DNA of 57,561 nucleotides. Source: Thermoanaerobaculia bacterium. GTDB taxonomy: Bacteria; Acidobacteriota; Thermoanaerobaculia; Gp7-AA8. Position 1 is the first letter of the stretch, and each line of letters opens with the position of its first letter. Shown piece by piece: positions 9,120 through 17,377 of the stretch. Position numbers and translations under genes: made by a program. Location: NCBI GenBank assembly GCA_016650215.1, contig JAENWF010000033.1, positions 1 through 57,561 of the forward strand. Reading direction: 5' to 3'. Under the pieces are notes generated by a model that worked only from the letters and a program-made list of their open reading frames with translations, made no database searches and had not been told where the DNA came from.

Positions 9120-11549
9120 TTACCTGGCCGAAACCAGATTCGCAAACAATCGATACGCTCCCGGCACGCCAGCGGGCAGTTGCCGGAACCAGGAGTAGCT
9201 CGTGTAAATGAAGACGCCTTTGCCGTGGCGGACGTAGATCTGGCCACCCTCGCGCTCCGGCTCGTCTGGATCGTTCGACGCGAGCGTCGTCGCGTACTTT
9301 TTGTCGTACTCCGACGTGAAGTAAAGGCCGCGCTCCTGCACCCAGTTGTCGAAGTCCTGAGGTGTGATTTTGTTCGGTGTCGTGAGCAGCGGGTGTTTCG
9401 GATCCACGAGGCGCACCGGCGCGTTCTCGACCGTCACGCGGTCGCGTGAGATTTTGAACGGATACGGGCCGGGAACGGCGGCCGCGAGGTCATCGCCGCT
9501 CGTGTTGTACTGAGTGACGACGGTCCCGCCGTTCTCGACGTACTGCATCAGCTTCGCATGCGCGAGCTTGAGGCGCTTGCGCGTGTTGTAGGCGCGTACG
9601 CCGAGGACGACCGCGCTATAGCGCGAGAAATCGCCGCGGTCGAGATCGTCGTCGCTCAGCAGCTCGACCTGATAGCCGATTTGACGGAGCGCGGCTGGGA
9701 CATCGTCACCCGAGCCCATGATGTAGCCGATACGCTGGCCGAGTTTCTTCACATCGGCGCGCACAAGCCGCGTCGTCGATGGGCGGACGATCCGCTGCGC
9801 CGGAATGTGCGCGTAGTCAATCTCGGTCAGCGAAGAGAAAATCTTCTTCCCGTTCGCGAGCTCGACCTCGATCGCCGCCTGCACGCTCTCCGTTGCCGTC
9901 GGAGGCGTGACCGTGAACGCAACGCGCGTCTCGTCGCCAATCGCGTCGAGCTTCACCGGCGCGGATGCGGGCACCGCTTTCCATCCGGCGGGGAGCGCGA
10001 GCCGCACGGTCGCCGACTGCGCGGCCGCGAAACTCTTCAACTGCACGCTGATCTCCCTCGGCTTTGCATCCGGGAACAGATACACGCCCTCGGCGGCATT
10101 CGCTGCCACTTCCGGCACGACCTGCACGGGCCGCGTTTTCTCTCCGGCAACCGGATCGGTCCAGCGATAGATCAGCTCCGGCCTGAAGACGAGCGTCCGC
10201 AGTTGCGGATCCTGCAGGGTGACTGACAGTGATAGCGCCGCGGCGTCCTCATTTGCCTGGGCGTACGGGTAATCGTCGGGCAGCTTGATCGAGATGTCGG
10301 TCTTGACCGGCTGATTGTTCTTCAGCGCGGTGCCTGGCGCTTTGCCAGGATTCGCGTACGGCGAAACGACGACCGAGAGCGTGAATGGATAGTCCGAACG
10401 GTTCACAACAGTGACGCTGACCGGGATCTCACCGCCGGGTACGATGAAGCTCTGCGATGCGGCGACATCGATCGCGATGCCGGCTGCTGCGCGGATCACT
10501 TCCTTCAACTCATCCTGCTTGGTCGCGATCCATGAATTGCGTTTCGGCGCCCACTCATCGGATGCGCCGAGGCGTTGAAGCTCGTCGTAGGCCTCGAAGA
10601 GGACCGGAATCGACTTCTGCGGATCTGCGGGATCGAATGTCGCGTCGGCGCGCGCGAGAATCTGCGACAGCCGTTCGCCGCCGGGATAGCGCGACCAGGT
10701 GAGATCGACTCCTTCGAACAGGTCCTTCTGCGCCGGCGCGCCGCCGGTCTGTTTGAAATAGTTGATCAGCGATCCGCGGCGCTCGGCCGATCCGAATCCC
10801 TGGCTCTTGTGCTGGCTTCTGCTCTCCGCAGCGACTTCGGTGTACGCGCGGCCGAGGAGCGGGTTGTAGGCGCCGATGTCGACGCGGATGTCGTTCGCGA
10901 CTTCAGGCGCGTTCGGATCGATTCGCTGCCACGAGAACCGATTCCAGAAAATCCGTTTCGGTGTCCATGGCGCGAGCGTCTGCAGTTGCTCGGGAAACTT
11001 CGTCGGATCGCCCGCGGCGGTGAATGCTTCCTGCGCAAGGATCGCGGAGGCGGTGTGGTGACCGTGGCCGCCTTCGCCTGTCGTCGGAAAACGGGTCACG
11101 ATGACGTCAGGCTGAAGCGTGCGGATGACGCGGACGACGTCGGCGAGAACTGCGTCGTGATTCCAGATGGTGAGCGTCTCACCGGGCGTTTTCGAGTATC
11201 CGAAGTCTGGCGCGCGCGTGAAGAACTGTTCGGCGCGATCGATGCGGCGCGCCGCGAGCAGCTCCTGCGTGCGGATCACGCCGAGGAGCTCACCCTTCTC
11301 GTTGCCGATCAGGTTCTGGCCCCCTTCACCGCGCGTCACGGACAGATATGCGGCGCGAACGAGCCGCTCGTTACCGAACCACGCCAGCAGCGCGGTGTTC
11401 TCGTCGTCGGGATGCGCCGCGATGTAGAGCGCGCTGCCGACGACATTGAGCTTGCGGATCGCGAGCTGCAGATCGGCCGCGGTCCGTGCTGAGGCGAAGA
11501 TGGGTAGTGCGAGCGCGACGAGCGCGACCGCGATTCGAATCCGGCGCAT
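9120..11549 (-). CDS. PIG-L (LmbE-like) family deacetylase, large secreted form with a ThuA/GATase1-like C-terminal domain
   Basis: Signal peptide MRRIRIAVALVALALPIFASA. PIG-L motif YIAAHPDDENTALLAW...TRGEGGQN. ATG at 11549 follows AAGGAG. The ORF-track extension to 12218 overlaps the divergent gene and is rejected. Confidence 0.85.
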   Translation of the reverse strand: MRRIRIAVALVALALPIFASARTAADLQLAIRKLNVVGSALYIAAHPDDENTALLAWFGNERLVRAAYLSVTRGEGGQNLIGNEKGELLGVIRTQELLAARRIDRAEQFFTRAPDFGYSKTPGETLTIWNHDAVLADVVRVIRTLQPDVIVTRFPTTGEGGHGHHTASAILAQEAFTAAGDPTKFPEQLQTLAPWTPKRIFWNRFSWQRIDPNAPEVANDIRVDIGAYNPLLGRAYTEVAAESRSQHKSQGFGSAERRGSLINYFKQTGGAPAQKDLFEGVDLTWSRYPGGERLSQILARADATFDPADPQKSIPVLFEAYDELQRLGASDEWAPKRNSWIATKQDELKEVIRAAAGIAIDVAASQSFIVPGGEIPVSVTVVNRSDYPFTLSVVVSPYANPGKAPGTALKNNQPVKTDISIKLPDDYPYAQANEDAAALSLSVTLQDPQLRTLVFRPELIYRWTDPVAGEKTRPVQVVPEVAANAAEGVYLFPDAKPREISVQLKSFAAAQSATVRLALPAGWKAVPASAPVKLDAIGDETRVAFTVTPPTATESVQAAIEVELANGKKIFSSLTEIDYAHIPAQRIVRPSTTRLVRADVKKLGQRIGYIMGSGDDVPAALRQIGYQVELLSDDDLDRGDFSRYSAVVLGVRAYNTRKRLKLAHAKLMQYVENGGTVVTQYNTSGDDLAAAVPGPYPFKISRDRVTVENAPVRLVDPKHPLLTTPNKITPQDFDNWVQERGLYFTSEYDKKYATTLASNDPDEPEREGGQIYVRHGKGVFIYTSYSWFRQLPAGVPGAYRLFANLVSAR

Positions 11550-11630
11550 GAGGCTCCTTTTAGACAGGTGACGAGTAACAGTGACGCGGCAGGATAGCGT
11601 GAGGTTCTGTCGTCGTAAACTCCGCTTCGG

Positions 11631-12839
11631 ATGACCTACGACGTCGTGATTGCGGGCGCGGGAGCCGCGGGACTGATGGCGGCGATCTTCGCGGCGCGCG
11701 GCGGAGCGAAGGTGGCCGCTCTCGACGGAGCGCCGAGACTCGGCGCGAAAATTCTCATCGCCGGAGGGGGGCGCTGCAACGTCACGCACGACATCGTCCG
11801 CCCTGAAGACTTCAACGGCAGTCGCAATGCGATTGCGAAAGTTTTGCGGACATTCACCGTCGAGGAGACGATCCACTTCTTCGGAGACCTCGGCGTCGTT
11901 CTCAAACGCGAGGAAACGGGAAAGCTTTTTCCCGTGACTGATCGTGCGAGAACGGTCCTCGATGCACTGACGAATGCCGCGCGCGAGGCAGGGGCGGAGC
12001 TGTTCACGAACGCGCGCGTCGAGAGCGTGCGCGCAGGATTCGTCGTGGAGACCCCGTCGCGAACGCTCTCGGCCGCGAGGCTCATCCTCGCGACCGGCGG
12101 GCGAAGCGTGCCGAAGACCGGCAGCGACGGGCATGGTTACGAGCTTGTGCGCAGCCTCGGCCATACGGTCAGCGAGACCTTCCCCGCGCTGGTCCCGCTC
12201 GTCATCAGAGAAGAGCATTGGCTGAAGGAGCTGAGCGGAACTGCCGCAGAGGCGGAGATGATGGTGACGACCGCAACGGGGAGGGTCATCGCTCGCGACC
12301 GCGGCTCATTGCTCTTGACGCACTTTGGTTTGAGCGGACCGCTCGCGCTCGATCTGAGCCGGCACTGGATCGCCGCGCGCCGCGACGATCCGCAGTCGAA
12401 GCTGCTGCTGAACTTTCTTCCGGGCGTGCGATTCGAGCAGTGCGAGGAGATGCTGCTCGATGCGGCGGATTTGAATCCGCGGGCGACGATCGCGAGCGCG
12501 TTGCGCGGGCAGGTGCCCGAGCGCGTGCTGGCTCGCGTGTCGGAGTCAATTCCGATCGCGAAGATGACGCGCGAGGCTCGGCGCGAAGCGATTCGGATGC
12601 TGACTTCGCTCGAAGTCCCAGTGTCACGCGACCGCGGATTCGACTACGCCGAGGTGACGGCGGGCGGCGTGCCGCTCACCGAGATCGATCTTGCCAGCAT
12701 GGAGTCGCGAAAGTGCCCTGGGCTCTATCTCTGCGGCGAGATCCTCGACGTCGACGGAAAGATCGGCGGCTACAACTTTCAGTGGGCATGGGCGAGCGGG
12801 CGGCTCGCGGGGATGGCGGCGGCGGGGGTTAACTGTTAA
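11631..12839 (+). CDS. HI0933-like FAD-dependent oxidoreductase (aminoacetone-oxidase family flavoprotein)
   Basis: YDVVIAGAGAAGLMAA (GxGxxG), GGGRCNVTH and C-terminal GYNFQWAWASG are typical of this family. Confidence 0.88.
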   Translation: MTYDVVIAGAGAAGLMAAIFAARGGAKVAALDGAPRLGAKILIAGGGRCNVTHDIVRPEDFNGSRNAIAKVLRTFTVEETIHFFGDLGVVLKREETGKLFPVTDRARTVLDALTNAAREAGAELFTNARVESVRAGFVVETPSRTLSAARLILATGGRSVPKTGSDGHGYELVRSLGHTVSETFPALVPLVIREEHWLKELSGTAAEAEMMVTTATGRVIARDRGSLLLTHFGLSGPLALDLSRHWIAARRDDPQSKLLLNFLPGVRFEQCEEMLLDAADLNPRATIASALRGQVPERVLARVSESIPIAKMTREARREAIRMLTSLEVPVSRDRGFDYAEVTAGGVPLTEIDLASMESRKCPGLYLCGEILDVDGKIGGYNFQWAWASGRLAGMAAAGVNC

Positions 12840-12873
12840 CCGTTAGACCGTTGTACCGGTAGACCGCTCGACG
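12828..12873. repeat. short tandem array (2 x 7 nt then 4 x 8 nt) overlapping the oxidoreductase stop codon
   Basis: Units are GTTAACT GTTAACC GTTAGACC GTTGTACC GGTAGACC GCTCGACG. TAA at 12837-12839 lies in unit 2. Confidence 0.7.
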
Positions 12874-12886
12874 TTCTCGCGCCTTT

Positions 12887-12980
12887 GTCATCCTGAGCGC
12901 AAGCGAAGGATCCCCCGCGTCCGGGCGATGATCGTATCTGCGCTGGGGATCCTTCGCCGTCTTCCCGGGCTCAGGATGAC
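12887..12980. repeat. family-A palindromic element (94 bp), homologous to 32190..32281
   Basis: GTCATCCTGAGCGCAAGCGAAGGATCCCCCGCGTCCGGGCGATG...GGGGATCCTTCGCCGTCTTCCCGGGCTCAGGATGAC. The centre is nearly identical to the copy at 32190. Confidence 0.85.
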
Positions 12981-12997
12981 AAGGCCCTGGAATTTAC

Positions 12998-13026
12998 TTG
13001 ACCAGTCAACCATTGACAGGTACAGT
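12998..13026 (+). promoter_or_regulatory. candidate sigma-70-type promoter plus TTGAC-N2-GTCAA inverted repeat upstream of marR
   Basis: TTGACC (12998-13003), a 17-nt spacer, then TACAGT (13021-13026). TTGACCAGTCAA is a perfect inverted repeat. Caveat: the same stretch also reads as four degenerate heptamers (TTGACCA GTCAACC ATTGACA GGTACAG). Confidence 0.4.
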
Positions 13027-13035
13027 TTCGCCGCC

Positions 13036-13569
13036 GTGAGAAAGCCCGTGACCGACATCCAGCACGACATCAAACAAAGCAAGCCGTTCCGCTCGAAGGC
13101 GGAGGAGGCGGCAGTGTCGCTCATGCGGACAGCCGATCTCGTTCGCCGTTCGGTTGCGCGCGTCGTCGAGCCGCAGGGGATCACGACCCAGCAATACAAC
13201 GTCCTGCGGATTCTGCGCGGGGCGGGGGAGCGGGGGCTTCCCACGCTCGACATCGCCGAAAGGATGATCGAAGAGACTCCCGGCATCACACGGCTCATCG
13301 ACCGTCTCGAGGCAAAGAAGCTCGTCTCGCGCGAGCGCTGTCCGACCGATCGCCGTCAGGTGTTCTGCCGCATTACGACTGAAGGTCTCGCGCTGCTTGA
13401 CCGTCTCGACGAGCCTGTGCGGGACGCTGACGCGAACGCGCTGGCGACCCTTTCGAAGAAAGACCTCACGAGTCTCGTCGTGCTGCTCGACAAAACCCGT
13501 CATCTGCTCACCGCTTCGCTTACCGCGGAGCGGATCGATCTACGTACCATCAACAGGAGGAAGCCATGA
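13036..13569 (+). CDS. MarR-family transcriptional regulator
   Basis: Winged-HTH block QQYNVLRILRGAGERGLPTLDIAERMIEETPGITRLIDRLEAKKLVSRERCPTDRRQV. The start is uncertain: GTG 13036, GTG 13048, or ATG 12976, which lies inside the repeat element. Confidence 0.8.
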   Translation: MRKPVTDIQHDIKQSKPFRSKAEEAAVSLMRTADLVRRSVARVVEPQGITTQQYNVLRILRGAGERGLPTLDIAERMIEETPGITRLIDRLEAKKLVSRERCPTDRRQVFCRITTEGLALLDRLDEPVRDADANALATLSKKDLTSLVVLLDKTRHLLTASLTAERIDLRTINRRKP

Positions 13570-14156
13570 AGTCGTTCAGAAACATTGTTCTCGCCGCGGT
13601 TGTCGCGGCACTCCCGGTCATCGCCTCGGCGGAGACTTTCAACATCGATCCGGCGCACTCGGAGGCAAAGTTCCGCGTCAAGCACATGATGTCGAACGTG
13701 ACCGGCGGATTCTCGGAGGTTGCCGGCACCGTCGAAGTCGACCGAAAGAATCCTGCGGCCTCGTCGGTCGACTTTACGATCAAGACGTCGAGCGTCGATA
13801 CCAACAATGACAACCGCGACAAGCACCTTCGCAGCGCCGAGTTCTTCGACGCGGAGAAGTATCCTCAGATCACCTTCAAGAGCGCGAAGATCGCTCCCAC
13901 CAAGAGCAAGGACGTGTACAGCGTCACCGGCGACCTCACGATCCGCGGCGTCACCAAGCAGGTGACACTCCCGGTCGTCTTTCTCGGCTTCGGGAAAGAT
14001 CCGTGGGGCAACGAGCGCGCAGGATTCGAGATCGAGACCACGCTCAACCGCAAAGACTACGGCGTGAACTGGAACAAGGCGCTCGACCAGGGCGGCTTTC
14101 TGCTCGGCGACGATGTGAAAATCACGCTCGCGATCGAAGCAGTCGTGAAGAAGTGA
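13566..14156 (+). CDS. YceI-family periplasmic (polyisoprenoid-binding-like) protein
   Basis: Signal peptide MKSFRNIVLAAVVAALPVIASA. FNIDPAHSEAKFRVKHMMSNVTGGF and LTIRGVTKQVTLPV are YceI hallmarks. The ATG overlaps the marR TGA (ATGA). Confidence 0.9.
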   Translation: MKSFRNIVLAAVVAALPVIASAETFNIDPAHSEAKFRVKHMMSNVTGGFSEVAGTVEVDRKNPAASSVDFTIKTSSVDTNNDNRDKHLRSAEFFDAEKYPQITFKSAKIAPTKSKDVYSVTGDLTIRGVTKQVTLPVVFLGFGKDPWGNERAGFEIETTLNRKDYGVNWNKALDQGGFLLGDDVKITLAIEAVVKK

Positions 14157-14161
14157 TTTCA

Positions 14162-14193
14162 ATGAGGCGCCGCCCCGTCCGGCGGCGCCTCAT
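14162..14193. terminator. perfect 13-bp GC-rich hairpin between convergent genes
   Basis: ATGAGGCGCCGCC-CCGTCC-GGCGGCGCCTCAT. It sits 6 nt after the yceI stop and 6 nt before the peptidase stop. No clear U-tract. Confidence 0.6.
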
Positions 14194-14198
14194 CTCTA

Positions 14199-16244
14199 TC
14201 AATCCGATTTTGCCTTGAGGGGCTTTTTCGCTGCGGCGGCCAGCGCCTTCTCGGTCGCGTGCAGCAATGCATCGGCGCCAACCGGCGCGCCGGTCGCGGC
14301 TTTCATCCACTGATCGGGCGTCACGCTTCCAATCCGCGACATCCTCTCGAACTCCGGGCCGATCTTGCCGCTCTTCTCGATCCGCTCCTCGATCTGATGC
14401 GCGATCAGGTGTCCGATCGGATAGTCGGGGAGATAGAGGAAGTTGTTGACCATGTGAGCGTAGACACCGAGAAGCGTCACGTCGCGTTTGCCGAACACCG
14501 GCGCGTAGTACTTGTTCCAGAGATCCTTCGAAATCTGCACGACGGCGCTCTTCAGCTCAGACGGCGTTGCGTTCGGATGCGCATACATCCAGCGCCACAT
14601 CTCCATGTCGACGAGCGCAACGCCGGCGATCTCGTACGTTCCCCAGAAATCGTTCAGGGTCTGCAGCGCGCGGCTCTCCGCCGATGGAGTCGCCAGGCCG
14701 AGCAGCTCGAGGTCCTTCGCTTGAAACACGAACGCAAGCGCCTCGGTGAATGCGGTGTTCGGAACGCTCGAGAGCATGTAGTGATCGATTTCCTTGAGCG
14801 AGAAGACCTGCTCCACGTTGTGGCCCATCTCGTGGACTGCGATGTTGAAGCCCTTGTAGTCCATGCCGTCGGCGCCTACGCGCGTGCGGAGGCGCGGGTT
14901 GTCGCCGCGCCGCGCGGCCGGCATCGCGTGCCCTGATCCACGAGCGGCATCGACTTCGATGTTGTCGGCGAGATACTTCGCCCGCTCGGGTGTGAAGCCG
15001 AGGCCGGTGAGAAGATTCGGCATGTCGCGCTTGTACGCCTGCGCGTTCGGATAGCGCTTGCGCACGATCTCGTCGAGCTGCGCCTCGGTGTACTGGCCGC
15101 GGGGGCGGAAGCCGTTGTACCAGATGTCGAACGGCTCGAGCTTGCGGCCGAGACGCTGCTCGATCAGTTTCGCGACGCGCGGGACGAAGGGGGAGGAGAG
15201 CACTTGCTCGAGCATCGCGCGGACGCGTGGCTCGGGAATCTGGCGATCTTCGTCGAATCGCCGCGCGATGTGCGTCGGCGCAGTCGGGGCGTACGGATCG
15301 ACCAGCTTCGCCGCGCGGAACGTGCGGAGGATGATGTCGTAGCGTCCGTCGGACGCCTTCGACGATCCGCCTTTCACTTCATTCGAGTAGGGACTCCAGT
15401 CGACGTCCGGGTTGTCCACCACGACATCGGGGATACTGCCGTCGACGATCCGCTCCATCACTCGCTGGATCATCCGCTGCTTCGGCAGTCCGACCTTCGG
15501 GTCGAGGCTGTAGTTCGCCTTGATCTCGTCGCGCAGATTCCAGTGCTCGAGCAGGCGCAGTTTCGGCGGGAAGAGACGGTTGCCTTTCTCGTCGAGGAGC
15601 TGATTCATCCAGATGTTGTAGGTGGCGACGAACTGATCGGCATCGCCGCGCGCCCTGGAGATCGCGAGGTTCACGTCGGCTGGAAGACGACGGGAGAACC
15701 GCAGTGCGAGTTTCGATTCTGCCCATTGGCGGCGCGACCACTTCTCACCATCGTTGAGACGCTGCTCGAGCGTGGTGAGCGGAAAGTTCAGCAGCACGAC
15801 GAACGCGAGCTTGTTCGCGAACAGATCCTCGCTGACGTGCGCCGAAGGGTCCCACGCCGCCATCGTTTCGTCGAAGGGGTAGACGGTGCCGAGGTCGAGA
15901 TCGGATTGCCAGCGCCAGTCGCGCCCGATCTCGTTCATGTGACCGTCGAGCGACTCGAACGCGAACTGCAGGCGATTGAAGAGGGCGTCGAGCGTCTGCT
16001 GATCGCCGGCAAAGCTGCTGCGCGCGAACTCCTGGAAAGTGTTCGCGTCGCCGTCTTCGGCGCGCCAGAACTGCGCAGCCTGGTTGAGTCCGCGCGAAGT
16101 CCGCTCACGCTCGCGCTCGCCGTACTTTGCCGTCAGTTCGGTTTCCAGCGCTTTGATCGATTCGCTCATTGCAGGTGCCTGTTGCTGTGCAAGTCCAGCG
16201 GTTGCCACGAGTAGTGCGGCGGCCGCGACCATTGTTCTCAGCAT
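14199..16244 (-). CDS. secreted gluzincin metallopeptidase (HEXXH...E), family unassigned (M2/M3-like)
   Basis: Signal peptide MLRTMVAAAALLVATAGLA after GGAGG. Zinc motif VHEMGHNVEQ, with TEALAF about 25 aa downstream. Confidence 0.7.
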   Translation of the reverse strand: MLRTMVAAAALLVATAGLAQQQAPAMSESIKALETELTAKYGERERERTSRGLNQAAQFWRAEDGDANTFQEFARSSFAGDQQTLDALFNRLQFAFESLDGHMNEIGRDWRWQSDLDLGTVYPFDETMAAWDPSAHVSEDLFANKLAFVVLLNFPLTTLEQRLNDGEKWSRRQWAESKLALRFSRRLPADVNLAISRARGDADQFVATYNIWMNQLLDEKGNRLFPPKLRLLEHWNLRDEIKANYSLDPKVGLPKQRMIQRVMERIVDGSIPDVVVDNPDVDWSPYSNEVKGGSSKASDGRYDIILRTFRAAKLVDPYAPTAPTHIARRFDEDRQIPEPRVRAMLEQVLSSPFVPRVAKLIEQRLGRKLEPFDIWYNGFRPRGQYTEAQLDEIVRKRYPNAQAYKRDMPNLLTGLGFTPERAKYLADNIEVDAARGSGHAMPAARRGDNPRLRTRVGADGMDYKGFNIAVHEMGHNVEQVFSLKEIDHYMLSSVPNTAFTEALAFVFQAKDLELLGLATPSAESRALQTLNDFWGTYEIAGVALVDMEMWRWMYAHPNATPSELKSAVVQISKDLWNKYYAPVFGKRDVTLLGVYAHMVNNFLYLPDYPIGHLIAHQIEERIEKSGKIGPEFERMSRIGSVTPDQWMKAATGAPVGADALLHATEKALAAAAKKPLKAKSD

Positions 16245-16346
16245 GGTTGCCTCCGCCGCGCATTGTATGTCCCACCCGGACGGGTGGGATCGCACCCGTC
16301 TAGTCATGTCGGCACGCCACTCCGCCCGCACGTGTACTGATGCCCT

Positions 16347-16376
16347 GTGATGAACGACACTGACCGCGGTGATGAA
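16347..16376 (+). promoter_or_regulatory. direct repeat GTGATGAA x2 (22-nt period) upstream of the crp/fnr gene
   Basis: GTGATGAA occurs at 16347-16354 and 16369-16376. Function is unknown. Confidence 0.25.
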
Positions 16377-16395
16377 GCATGACGGAGGAACCCAA

Positions 16396-17112
16396 ATGAG
16401 AACGCCCTACAACCTTTCAGCAAGCCACGACTGCACGATCTGCCCGGAGCGCGAGAACCGCCGCTTCTGCGACATGCCCAAGGACACGGTCACGCGGATG
16501 AACGAGATTACGTTCACGAGCTTCTATCCGAAAGGATCGCTCCTGTTCGTTGAGGGAGAAAAGGCGCGTGGCGTTTTCATTCTCTGCTCCGGCCGTGTGA
16601 AGCTCACGACGTCGTCGGCCGAAGGACGAACACTGATTCTTCGCAACGCTCAAGCGGGCGAGCTCCTCGGCAGCAGTGCCGTCATCAGCGGCAAGCCGTA
16701 CGAGACGTCCATCGAGACAGTCGAACCGTGCCAGGTAAACTTCATCCGTGCCGATCACTTCATGACACTGATCGAAAACGACCGGGTAGCGATGCTCGCC
16801 GTCGCGCGCCAGCTCAGCGAGGACTACCACGCTGCCCAGCGCGAAGTCAGAACGTTCGGTCTCGCGCAGACGACCGGCGAAAAGCTCGCGCGCCTTGTGC
16901 TCGACTGGTGCACGACCGGCGAGAAGACCGACCAGGGCGTGCGCCTCAAAGTGCTCATGACTCACGAAGAGATCGCGCAGATGATCGGAACCACGCGCGA
17001 AACCGTCACGCGTCTGCTCAGCCAGCTCCGGCGGAAAAAGATTCTCGAGATCAAAGGCTCCACGTTCCTCGTGCCCCATGTGGAGATGCTCGAAAGCATG
17101 GTCAGCGTCTGA
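16396..17112 (+). CDS. Crp/Fnr-family transcriptional regulator with an N-terminal Cys cluster
   Basis: cNMP-binding-like barrel (FVEGEKARGVFILCSGRVKL) and C-terminal HTH (THEEIAQMIGTTRETVTRLLSQL). N-terminus has C13-x2-C16-x8-C25. ATG at 16396 follows GGAGGA. Confidence 0.88.
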   Translation: MRTPYNLSASHDCTICPERENRRFCDMPKDTVTRMNEITFTSFYPKGSLLFVEGEKARGVFILCSGRVKLTTSSAEGRTLILRNAQAGELLGSSAVISGKPYETSIETVEPCQVNFIRADHFMTLIENDRVAMLAVARQLSEDYHAAQREVRTFGLAQTTGEKLARLVLDWCTTGEKTDQGVRLKVLMTHEEIAQMIGTTRETVTRLLSQLRRKKILEIKGSTFLVPHVEMLESMVSV

Positions 17113-17175
17113 CGGGAGTCACCCGGACGCGGACGATCCTTCTGAGGATGTGAAGAAGTCCGCCAGTGACTCAAG

Positions 17176-17370
17176 GGGCGCCGCCGCGGGTCGGCGGCAC
17201 CACACAGAACCGGCGCCACATCGCTCGCGAATGCTGCCACGAGCCATGCTGGATGTGGCGCCGGCTCTCAAGCCGGCGGTCTTCCGTCCTGCCGAGCTTA
17301 TTCACGTGCGAATGGCGCCACGAGCCATGCTCGACGTGGCGCCGGCTTCAGCCGGCGGTCTTTCGTCCTC
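17176..17370. repeat. family-B repeats (one inverted copy plus two direct copies)
   Basis: CCACGAGCCATGCTGGATGTGGCGCCGGCTCTCAAGCCGGCGGTCTTCCGTCC and GCCACGAGCCATGCTCGACGTGGCGCCGGCTTCAGCCGGCGGTCTTTCGTCCTC, plus a degenerate inverted copy at about 17176-17235. Confidence 0.8.
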
Positions 17371-17377
17371 TTTTGAG

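Noticed and set aside
8891-9247. ORFs translating repeat elements (peptides such as HPERSEGS, VILSEAKDL, MLDVAPASAGG), for example 8891..9247, 44400..44889 and 25384..25605
   Set aside because: They exist only because the dispersed repeats happen to be open. Copies occur in both orientations and in different frames.
11528-11548. GATTCGAATCC string resembling a tRNA T-arm
   Set aside because: The flanking bases do not form a T-stem or acceptor stem, and it lies within the signal-peptide codons of the PIG-L gene.
11550-12218. 223-codon N-terminal extension of the PIG-L ORF given in the ORF track
   Set aside because: It overlaps the well-supported divergent oxidoreductase gene. A signal peptide with a good RBS begins at 11549.
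12976-13035. ATG 12976 as the marR start
   Set aside because: It lies inside the family-A palindrome and upstream of the best promoter candidate. It would add 20 non-conserved residues. It is not fully excluded.
16345-16362. TGTGATGAACGACACT as a possible CRP/FNR box upstream of the crp/fnr gene
   Set aside because: The right half-site (ACACT) does not match TCACA or ATCAA in any register. Only the left half fits.
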